In this document: piece by piece, positions 1-8,167 of the stretch | Layout of the letters: each line of letters begins with the position of its first letter | How positions within the stretch are numbered: position 1 is the first letter of the stretch | Source of the DNA: Octopus sinensis | Taxonomy: Eukaryota | Direction of reading: 5' to 3' | Length of the DNA stretch: 13,045 nucleotides | Assembly (NCBI RefSeq): GCF_006345805.1 | Contig: NW_021826361.1 | Location: forward strand, 1 to 13,045 | Program-made: the position numbers and the translations under genes | The notes under the pieces: generated by a model | What the model was told of the DNA's origin: nothing | Seen by the model: the letters and a program-made list of their open reading frames with translations, nothing else | Database searches by the model: none

Positions 1-355
1 ATTTCATTTAATCACTACTATAAAAATGGAACGACATATCAGAGAAATACTACATTTTAAAATAGTTTGTCATGGCCGGAACTTCTCTAACTAGAAGTAT
101 ATTCCACGAGAATTCCTTTGCCTGTTTCGTATGGGGTACTTAAAACAGAGGATTTACCCGAAGTTCGTTTCCTTATTCGGGTTTTCTGACACAAAACAAA
201 ATGCAGGCAAGCCCAATTCCACATGGCGTCTGGTCTAAGGAATCTATTTATACATTGTAAGACATATTGATTATAGGTTAACCTTGCTCATCGATAATTT
301 AGGAGACTATCAATAGTGCTTTCCGGAAATTTCTAACCAAATTAATTCGTTATTA

Positions 356-891
356 GTGGTGGTGAAGGTGGAGTTGACTGTGGTGGTGGTGGTGGTGGTG
401 AGGATGATCATGAATGTCACCGTAGAGGTGGTGGTGGTGGTGGAGGTTGTGGTGGCGGCTGTGGTGGTTGTGGTGGTGATAGTTGTGGTGGTGGTGGTGG
501 TGGTGATATTGTTGCTAGTGGTCGGGATGATGATGGATGTCGCAGTGGTGGTAGTGGTGGCGGTGGTGATGGTGGTGGTGGTGATAATGGTGGTAGAGGT
601 GCTGCTGATGATGGTTGTAGTAGTAGCGATGGTGATGATGAAGGTGATGGTGACGGTGTTGGTGATAATGATGGCGGTGGTGGGAAAGGTGTCGCTAGTT
701 ATTGATACTGTTGATGATGGTTGTTGTAGTGGTGGTGGTGGTGGTGGTGGTGGTGGTGGTGGTGGTGGTGGTGGTGGCTGTGGTGGTGGTCATTGCAGCG
801 TTGGTGGTGGTAGTCATCGTCTGCTTCGTAGTCTTGGTTGCTGTCGTGGTGGTGGCGGTGGTGGTGGTGGTGGTGGTGGTTGTGGTGGTAT
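356..891. repeat. Degenerate (GTG/GGT)n trinucleotide tract
   Basis: Mostly GTG, GGT and GAT triplets with pure (GGT)n runs near 728-776. A (GAA)n run follows at about 929-950. Confidence 0.95.
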
Positions 892-1077
892 TCTTCAAGG
901 CGGTGCCCCAGCTTGTCCGCAGTCCAAGGAAGAAGAAGAAGAAAAAGAAGAAATGTCTGTCTCATCATAAACTTTCTAGTTTGAGATGACCTCGTGACCT
1001 TTTCGCCATCTTTATACTTTATACATATATATATATATATTTCTTTAATTAATAGCAATATTACTGCCGTGTTTCCT

Positions 1078-1134
1078 ACATCCGACATACCTGTCTAGGA
1101 AATTGACTCAATTATCTGTGGACAAATACCGATA

Positions 1135-1197
<63 letters not shown>

Positions 1198-1255
1198 TCC
1201 GATATACTAGGAAATCGACTCAATTATCTCTGTGGACAAATACAGATATGTATAT
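1078..1255 (+). repeat. Local ~55-bp direct duplication separated by (TA)n
   Basis: ACATCCGA...CTAGGAAAT(T/C)GACTCAATTATC..TGTGGACAAATAC(C/A)GATAT starts at 1078 and again at 1195. Confidence 0.85.
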
Positions 1256-1266
1256 ATATATATGCC

Positions 1267-1549
1267 AAATACCATACAACATAAATTCTTGTTTAATTAA
1301 ATTTTATCCCCATTTCTCAGGACATAGCATAATGACCTAATGGCAAGACCAGCTCTGCTTTAGAAGGGGAGATGATCATAAGAATAAAGAATTCTTCAAT
1401 TCCGACAAGCCAATACGGAAAAAGACTAGCTTATTGTCCAGAGATAAGAAGAGAGTTGTGGACGCTTGTATCTGCTTTAGTATGCGTCGTCTACACGACG
1501 AAAGTACGATGTATGTGCAGCATCCAAGGTGCATGGATTAATACAAAGT
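1267..1549 (+). repeat. Old unclassified repeat, homologous to 2344-2601 on the opposite strand
   Basis: Alignable by eye, e.g. GAGATAAGAAGAGAGTTGTGGAC versus GAGATATGATGAGAGTTGTGGAC and AATACCATACAACATAAATTCTTG versus AATACCATAAACAAAAATTCTTG. Confidence 0.65.
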
Positions 1550-1576
1550 AGAATAGAACCCATTTGTGGCCTGGGT

Positions 1577-2147
1577 CCGTGCTCCGCAGCCGGTATGTTG
1601 CGACACACTGGTATGTCACGTGACGATGCTAGGTGTGCTGCAGTGTAACCTGGATATATGGAGGCGCAATGGGCAGTGGTTAGGGCAGCGGACTCGCGGT
1701 CATAGGATCGCGGTTTCGATTCCCAGACCAGGCGTTGTGAGTGTTTATTGAGCGAAAACACCTAAAGCTCCACGAGGCTCCGGCAGGGGATGGTGGTGAT
1801 CCCTGCTGTACTCTTTCACCACAACTTTCTCTCACTCTTACTTCCTGTTTCTGTTGTACCTGTATTTCAAAGGGCTGGCTTTGTCACTCTCTGTGTCACA
1901 CTGAATATCCCCGAGAACTACGTTAAGGGTGCACGTGTCTGTGGAGTGCTCAGCCACTTACACGTTAATTTCACGAGCAGGCTGTTCCATTGATTCGGAT
2001 CAACCGGAACCCTCATCGTCGTAACCGACGGAGTGCTTCCATCCACCCTGGATATAATTATTTTCCCTAGATTTTTAGTTCAGGTGTACCGTCGAATTTT
2101 GAAAAGAATATGTGTGCCGCCAGTGAAAAAAGGGTTGCGGAATACTG
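1577..2147. mobile_element. Old hAT (Charlie-like) MITE of ~173 bp, interrupted by the family C SINE
   Basis: Degenerate terminal inverted repeats: CCGTGCTCCGCAGCC versus CAGTATTCCGCAACC (reverse complement of the right end), 11 of 15 identical. The 8-bp flanks GCCTGGGT (1569-1576) and GTCTAGGT (2148-2155) are 6 of 8 identical, consistent with a decayed hAT 8-bp TSD. Confidence 0.6.
1659..2046 (+). mobile_element. tRNA-headed SINE family C with a 10-bp target site duplication
   Basis: Head GGAGGCGCAATGGGCAGTGGTTAGG...GTTTCGATTCCC (A and B boxes). An exact CCTGGATATA flanks it at 1649-1658 and 2047-2056. Confidence 0.85.
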
Positions 2148-2343
2148 GTCTAGGTTATTTGCATAATTAAAGAATGCGTAATTTAGGCATATTTAAACAA
2201 AGAGGAATAAATCAGAGAGGCCAGTCTCTTGTATTATATCCCTGTATTTGTCTGTTTCATTCAAATACATGCTACTGGCTGCTCTGAGTTATTTCCCTTA
2301 GCTCATTTTCGTTTGAATTATGCAAATTTACTTCGCCATAAAT

Positions 2344-2601
2344 ATTTTGTATAAGCCTAAGCCATTTGGCTGCAGGAGAGAAGGCTGGACATTTGCCGTG
2401 TGGATGACAGTTATGAAGACAGAAACATGAGTCCACAACTCTCATCATATCTCTAGTTAATAAACCTGTTTTTTTTCTTAATGGCAAGACAGTTTTGTAA
2501 AATCCTTAAATCTGGAGATAATCTCCTCTTCTCATAAATACCATTTGGCAATCGTGATAGAGATAATTTTGATAAATCAAGAATTTTTGTTTATGGTATT
2601 T
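2344..2601 (-). repeat. Old unclassified repeat, inverted homolog of 1267-1549
   Basis: Same alignment as for 1267-1549. It is flanked by a ~70-bp direct repeat at 2245-2314 and 2612-2680. Confidence 0.65.
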
Positions 2602-2846
2602 AATATACCTCTATTTGTCTGTTATTCAAATACATGTCACTGGGCTGCTCTGAGTTATTTATCTTAGCTCATTTTTGTTTACAATAATCTATGTATGGTC
2701 TCAAACGACCTAACCATATAGCGACCGTCATCAAACTCACCATCCGGGCGTACAGCTTTGATTTTGAGGACAAACATATGTTATTTCTTAAATTCTCCTT
2801 ATTTCTTAAATTCTTCTCTGTTATTTCTTTTAATACACTTTATCAC

Positions 2847-3237
2847 TTTTACTCTTTTACTTCTTTCAGTCATTTGACTGCGGCCATGCTGGAGCACCGC
2901 CTTTAGTCGAGCAAATCGACCCCAGACTTTGTAAGCCCAGTACTTATTCTATCGGTCTCTATCGGGGACGTAAACACACCAGCATCGGTTGTCAAGCAAT
3001 GCTAGGGGGAAAAACATAGACACACAAACACACACACACACATACATACATGCATATATATATATACATATATACGACAGGCTTCTTTCAGTTTCCGTCT
3101 ACCAAATCCACTCACAAGGCATTGGTCGGCCCGGGGCTATAGCAGAAGACACTTGCCCATGATGCCACGCAGTGGGACTGAACCCGGAACCATGTGGTTG
3201 GTTAGCAAGCTACTTACCACACAGCCACTCCTGCGCC
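2847..3237 (-). mobile_element. tRNA-headed SINE family A, copy 1 (small internal deletions)
   Basis: Reverse complement of the 7766-8167 element. Head GGCGCAGGAGTGGCTGTGTGG...GGTTCAGTCCC (A and B boxes), internal (TA)/(CA) tract, (GTAAAAGA)n-like tail. Confidence 0.88.
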
Positions 3238-3277
3238 TATAATAATAATTATTTATTTCAGTATTTCAAAATGCAAG

Positions 3278-3348
3278 TGCATCGACCGGGAATCGAACCC
3301 TGGCCGCCCGCGTGGCAGGCGAGCATTCTTCCACTGAACCAATATATA
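3278..3348 (-). pseudogene. tRNA-Gly(GCC) pseudogene lacking the 5' acceptor strand
   Basis: Minus strand reads tatatat-TGGTTCAGTGGAAGAATGCTCGCCTGCCACGCGGGCGGCCAGGGTTCGATTCCCGGTCGATGCA. D arm and anticodon arm pair (anticodon GCC at 3314-3316). The T stem has an A-G mismatch. The expected GCATCG(A/G) 5' strand is replaced by (TA)n. There is no encoded CCA, and a TTTT terminator lies at 3268-3271. Confidence 0.9.
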
Positions 3349-3615
3349 TATATCTGTCCAAATTCGTTACATTACTTACTATATTCGTATATAAAAATCC
3401 TTGATTTCTGACTCATTCACTCAGAAATTATTTTGAAATATTTCAACATTTCAGACTATTTATAGCTTGTTTATCATCCACTTCAGCACCTGTATATTCC
3501 ATTTTCTGATACTATTTTCCGTAGTTTTCAACAAACACCCTGTAAAATCTCACTGAATCCCTTAATTTTATTCTCAGAAGCTACAGCAGATATCTTAATT
3601 ACAGAAACTGTCATA

Positions 3616-3787
3616 CTGTTTTAAATTTAAGAGATGAGGAATTATGTACATTATTTACATTTAACGGTTATTTGACCTCTTCTTGTTTGTTGTTAACACA
3701 ACGTTTCGGCTGATATACTCTCCAGCCTTCACCAGGTGTCTCGGGGAAATTTCTAACCTGGGTTCTCATTCCAAAGGTATTTTTCGA
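3616..3787 (-). mobile_element. Penelope-like (pLTR-type) retroelement tail carrying the hammerhead motif
   Basis: Homologous to 7512-7647 along its length, including CCTGGGTTCTCATTCC...TATTTTTCGA. It contains the CCTG-N-TGAAGG...CCGAAACG motif typical of Penelope-like pLTR hammerheads. Confidence 0.6.
3695..3740 (-). ncRNA. Minimal hammerhead ribozyme motif, A6G core variant (probably inactive)
   Basis: Minus strand: GACAC-CUGGUGA-A-GGCUG(GAGAGUAUAU)CAGCC-GAA-ACGU-U^GUGUU. Stem I GACAC/GUGUU pairs fully (4 Watson-Crick plus G-U), but core position A6 is G. Confidence 0.6.
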
Positions 3788-3797
3788 GTTGTTGTTG

Positions 3798-3862
<65 letters not shown>
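3788..3862. repeat. (TTG)n(TTA)n microsatellite
   Basis: Read directly from the sequence. Confidence 0.97.
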
Positions 3863-4320
3863 GAGTGAGAGAGCAGTTCATGCCATCAAAGTGACACTGG
3901 GATAAAATATACGAAGCCCAATATACCCATCATGACTACCCGTCTGATAAGGGTACACCAGGCACATGCATCACAACCATATGTGCATGACTTGGTGATC
4001 TCATATCAAGATAAACACCGCATGACCTTGCAGGTGGGGCCCAGTTAGAATTTTCTTCTGGTTGAGTAACCCATCCCGCTCAAAAGGTCCCTGAATAAGG
4101 ATTGTTTAAGGATGTTGAACGAACCACCCATGTTTCCGAAGGTGAATTATCCAAACCTCCAAGAATTCCATTCAACACACGGCTATGATGCTTCTCCACT
4201 ACTTCTGCTCATGATCAGAGATGCACATATCGTCAGCCACTAAGGGACATGCTCAACTGGTTACGGTCAATCAACTGACAAGCAAATCTGTGGTATTGAG
4301 CAGAATATTTGCTGTAGCCC
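3863..4320. mobile_element. Unclassified ~458-bp interspersed repeat embedded in a (TTA)n microsatellite
   Basis: Complex, higher-GC block with sharp edges, bounded by (TTA)n on both sides. It resembles an abundant Octopus repeat from memory. No ORF, tRNA head or terminal inverted repeat was recognised. Confidence 0.5.
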
Positions 4321-4364
4321 ATTATTATTATTATAGTAGTAGTAGTAGTAGTAGTAATAATATA

Positions 4365-4411
4365 AGGTCACTGCCTGAAATTGAACTCTTAACCACTACG
4401 CCATATGCCCG
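4365..4411 (-). mobile_element. Internally deleted tRNA-like SINE head, probable 5' end of the element whose tail is 3616-3787
   Basis: Minus strand GGGCATATGGCGTAGTGGTTAAGAGTTCAATTTCAGGCAGTGACC. A box TGGCGTAGTGG (4393-4403) and B-box-like GAGTTCAATTTC (4377-4388) are only 4 nt apart, so the anticodon arm is deleted. A (TAA/TAC)n run follows. Confidence 0.6.
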
Positions 4412-4794
4412 TGGATATAGACAGGCAGACAGACAGACAAACAGACAGAAAAAAAAGTAAGATTTGCTGTATTCATATTCTTAAATCAACATTTTTCGAT
4501 GATGTGAAATGCAAAACAAGCTACGTTAGATTCGTACTCTGTATTTTGAAGAAACAATATGGCAGCCGAAAAGATATATTTAAAAAATTATTTTCAGATT
4601 TGCAATCAATGTATGTATATGTATGTAAGTAGGTATGCATGCATTTGTATGTATGTATGTATATATACATATATAATCTCAAAAGAGTGCAGCACTTACG
4701 AACTCCCTCCTCCGCAAGCAGCCAATCACATAAGATTGGCCATTTAAACGGTGATAACACTACCGGTGCCCCAACATGGCTAGAGTTTTAGGGT

Positions 4795-4851
4795 TATATA
4801 TATATAAAGGAATAAATATATATCTATACACCTATATTTGTACATACGTAC

Positions 4852-4883
<32 letters not shown>

Positions 4884-4946
4884 ATATATATATATGCATA
4901 TATATATGTATGTATATATATATATATACATATATTTCTACATACG

Positions 4947-4978
<32 letters not shown>

Positions 4979-5026
4979 GTATATTATATATATATATATA
5001 TATATATATGCATATATATATGTATG

Positions 5027-5060
<34 letters not shown>

Positions 5061-5140
5061 ATATATGCATATATATATGTATGTATATCTATATATATAT
5101 ATTTATACATACGTATATATATATTATATATATATATATT
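4795..5140. repeat. Compound (TA)n microsatellite with higher-order units
   Basis: TATATGCATATATATATGTATGTATAT recurs near 4890, 5005 and 5062. Confidence 0.95.
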
Positions 5141-5285
5141 TAAGTAGTTGAATGAATTATCTTATTATGGATAATTCGGTTAACCGATACCTGGGTAGCA
5201 AATTCACGTCAGAAAAACACGGTTGAAGCTACATGCCTAGGGCAGAGATCACGTGCTATCGGGTGGAAATTTGTGTTTTTTTTAA

Positions 5286-5443
5286 ATACAAATAAATGAA
5301 AGAATGGAGTTGAACGACGAATTAACAAAATTCCTATTTTCGACATATGCAGCCTAGGAATATGCAGCCTTCGAAACATATGTCGAAAATAAAATAAAGG
5401 AATTTTGTTAATTTGTCGTTCAACTCCATTCTTTCATTTATTT

Positions 5444-5447
<4 letters not shown>
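5286..5447. repeat. Near-perfect inverted repeat / hairpin (arms 5286-5349 and 5377-5447)
   Basis: 5286-5335 matches the reverse complement of 5398-5447 at 49 of 50 positions. ATTTTCGACATATG (5336-5349) pairs with CATATGTCGAAAAT (5377-5390). There is a 7-nt bulge in the right arm and a 27-nt loop. Confidence 0.93.
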
Positions 5448-5712
<265 letters not shown>

Positions 5713-6216
5713 AATGTATGCGTTATGCTAGCGCTTATATAGAAATGGTTTTATATTCCATTATTTCACGCGTGCGTATATTCTACACTAACAATATATA
5801 TTTGATTGCATATTAGTTTTTATGACAGAAAGCACAAAATATAGAGAGACGTAATATAATATTATTAATAACAAAATTCATTGATCATTATCGATCTGTG
5901 TCGTCTGTGTATAACAGCAGCTGATTACTCAGAAATGTTACTATAAAAACAATAAAATTTGTGCACTTGTTTAGACTAAATATATTCACAGATTCACACA
6001 AACGCACACTAGTGCACAGACATACACAATCAGGTATATATATATATGTGTGTGTGTTTGTGTGTATGTGTGTGTGTGTGTGTGTGCGTGTGTCTGTACA
6101 TATATACGTATACATATACTGATCAATATAGCTTTGCAAATAATCATTTCAGTAGTTGATAGTATATATACATAAAGATTGTCAGATAATTACCTAGTTA
6201 ATACATACATAAATAC

Positions 6217-6267
<51 letters not shown>

Positions 6268-6273
6268 ATATGC

Positions 6274-6379
<106 letters not shown>

Positions 6380-6782
6380 GGATAGAAAGAAAGATATGGA
6401 TAGATAAAGATATATATATGCATATATATTTATATATATACATATATATATACATATATTTACGTATGTACCTACGTATGGTTTGCTGTATGTGTGTTTG
6501 TATATATGTCACAGAACCAATCGAGGCTAGACACAAATATCTAAGCGTTATCCTCGCCTAATAAGATTAGCAATGAAGAGAAATCAACCAATATCAAAGT
6601 GAATGATTTCCATCAACTATGAAACCACAAACATTCACTACTTTACGAACTTTAAAAACATCTCAGACTAACGAGGCAACGATATAAGAAATACACCATC
6701 ACTCATAGCAATTGACTTTTCCAATCATCAGCAGCCAAACGGATATCACTATGGTTTCGACACCTGGCAGCAAAATTCAACG

Positions 6783-7105
6783 TATGTATGTATGTATGTA
6801 TGTATGTATGTATGTATGTATGCATGTATGCATGTATGTATGTATGCATGCATGTATGTATGTATGTATGCATGTATGTATGTATGTATGTATGTATGTA
6901 TGTATGTATGTATGTATGTATGTATGTATGTATGCATGTATGTATGTATGTATGTATACATGTATGTATGCATGTATGTATGCATGTATGTATGTATGCA
7001 TTATGTATGCATGTGTGTTTATGTATGTATGTATGATGTATGTATGTATGTATGTATGTATGTATGTACGTATGTATGTGTGTTTATGTAATGTATGTAT
7101 GTATG
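6783..7105. repeat. (TATG)n microsatellite with CATG variants
   Basis: Read directly from the sequence. Confidence 0.97.
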
Positions 7106-7407
7106 CTTATGAAAGCTTGTACTCTAACCACAAGGTTAATCATAACGTATGGACGTGATTAAGAGAAATGTTTTCAATCAACGTTTCCTATCACAATAAA
7201 ATGCAGAGTAAGCCATTTTTCAGTTCATATACAATATTTTGCTAAAAACAAATATGGCGGCTGACAAATGAATATTTTGAAATAAACGATAAGCATTATT
7301 CAACACTTAGATATAATGTATACGGTTTATGGTTTCTGTATAATACAAATAAAGCCGTATGGTTGATTAAACAAAACATACATAGGCATAATCTCTGAGC
7401 TTCTATG

Positions 7408-7499
7408 TTTTACTTCTTATAGTCATGAGACAGTGGCCATGCTGGAGCACAGCCTTGAAGATTTTAGCCGAATGAATCAAACACAGTACTATCTTTAAA
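7408..7499 (-). mobile_element. Diverged 3' fragment of a family-A-related SINE
   Basis: TTTACTTCTTATAGTCATGAGACAGTGGCCATGCTGGAGCACAGCC resembles the family A 3' end TTTACTTGTTTCAGTCATTTGACTGCGGCCATGCTGGAGCACCGCC. The right boundary is approximate. Confidence 0.65.
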
Positions 7500-7556
7500 T
7501 AGATTATTTACATTATTTACATTTGACGGATATTTGTCCTCATCTTGTTTGTTGTT

Positions 7557-7601
7557 AACACAACGTTTCGGCTGATGTACCCTCCAGCCTTCATCAGGTT
7601 C
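7557..7601 (-). ncRNA. Minimal type I hammerhead ribozyme motif, intact catalytic core, weakened stem I
   Basis: Minus strand: GAAC-CUGAUGA-A-GGCUG(GAGGGUACAU)CAGCC-GAA-ACGU-U^GUGUU. It has core boxes CUGAUGA and GAAA, a 5-bp stem II and a palindromic ACGU stem III. Predicted cleavage is after GUU, between 7562 and 7561. Confidence 0.7.
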
Positions 7602-7660
7602 TTGGGGAAATTTCGAACCTGGGTTCTCATTCCTAAGATATTTTTCGAAATTTCCCCCAA

Positions 7661-7706
7661 GACACCTAACGAAGGCCGGAGGGTACATCAGCCGAAACGT
7701 TGTTAG
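7661..7706 (+). ncRNA. Degenerate hammerhead motif (G5A, stem II mismatch, 2-nt deletion in stem I)
   Basis: Plus strand: GACAC-CUAACGA-A-GGCCG(GAGGGUACAU)CAGCC-GAA-ACGU-U-GUUAG. It is the inverted copy of the 7557-7601 motif. Confidence 0.55.
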
Positions 7707-7765
7707 CAACAAACAAGACAAGGACAAATATCTGTCAAATGTAAATAATATAAAAAATGTGCATA

Positions 7766-8167
7766 GGCGCAGGAGTGGCTGTGTGGTAAGTAGCTTGCTA
7801 ACCAACCACATGGTTCCGGGTTCAGTCCCATTGCGTGGCATCTTGGGCAAGTGTCTTCTGCTATAGCCCCGGGCCGACCAATGCCTTGTGAGTGGATTTG
7901 GTAGACGGAAACTGAAAGAAGCCCGTCGTATATATGTATATATATATATGTATGTGTATGTGCTTGTGTGTCTGTGTTTGTCTCCCTAGCATTGCTTGAC
8001 AACCGATGCTAGTGTGTTTACGTCCCCGTCACTTAGCGGTTCGGCAAAAGAGACCGATAGAATAAGTACTGGGCTTACAAAGAATAAGTCCCGGGGTCGA
8101 TTTGCTCGACTAAAGGCGGTGCTCCAGCATGGCCGCAGTCAAATGACTGAAACAAGTAAAAGAGTAA
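7766..8167 (+). mobile_element. tRNA-headed SINE family A, copy 2
   Basis: A box TGGCTGTGTGG and B box GGTTCAGTCCC. Highly similar to 2847-3237, 10026-10440 and 11774-12188. Confidence 0.9.

Larger units (their letters stand above)
7512..7749. repeat. Long inverted repeat: head-to-head dimer of the hammerhead-bearing tail (arms 7512-7617 and 7644-7749, 26-nt spacer)
   Basis: The two 106-nt arms are reverse complements with scattered substitutions and small indels. The right arm appears to resume at 8170-8189 (ATCTGTTAAGTATAGAACTG) after the SINE at 7766-8167. Confidence 0.9.

Noticed and set aside
1-355. Possible upstream sGC exon
   Set aside because: No frame matches H-NOX or PAS motifs, and stops are frequent.
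356-1088. ORFs encoding poly-Val, poly-Gly, poly-Thr and poly-His
   Set aside because: Several frames on both strands are open only because (GTG)n lacks stops. There is no domain and no convincing splice sites.
3278-3348. Functional tRNA-Gly gene
   Set aside because: The acceptor stem cannot form and the T stem has a mismatch, so it is called a pseudogene.
5176-5187. 12-bp perfect palindrome TCGGTTAACCGA
   Set aside because: It is an isolated short palindrome with no supporting context.
6734-6783. Candidate micro-exon between CATCAG and GTATGT
   Set aside because: The donor is simply the start of the (TATG)n tract, and no frame resembles the expected upstream sGC alpha sequence.
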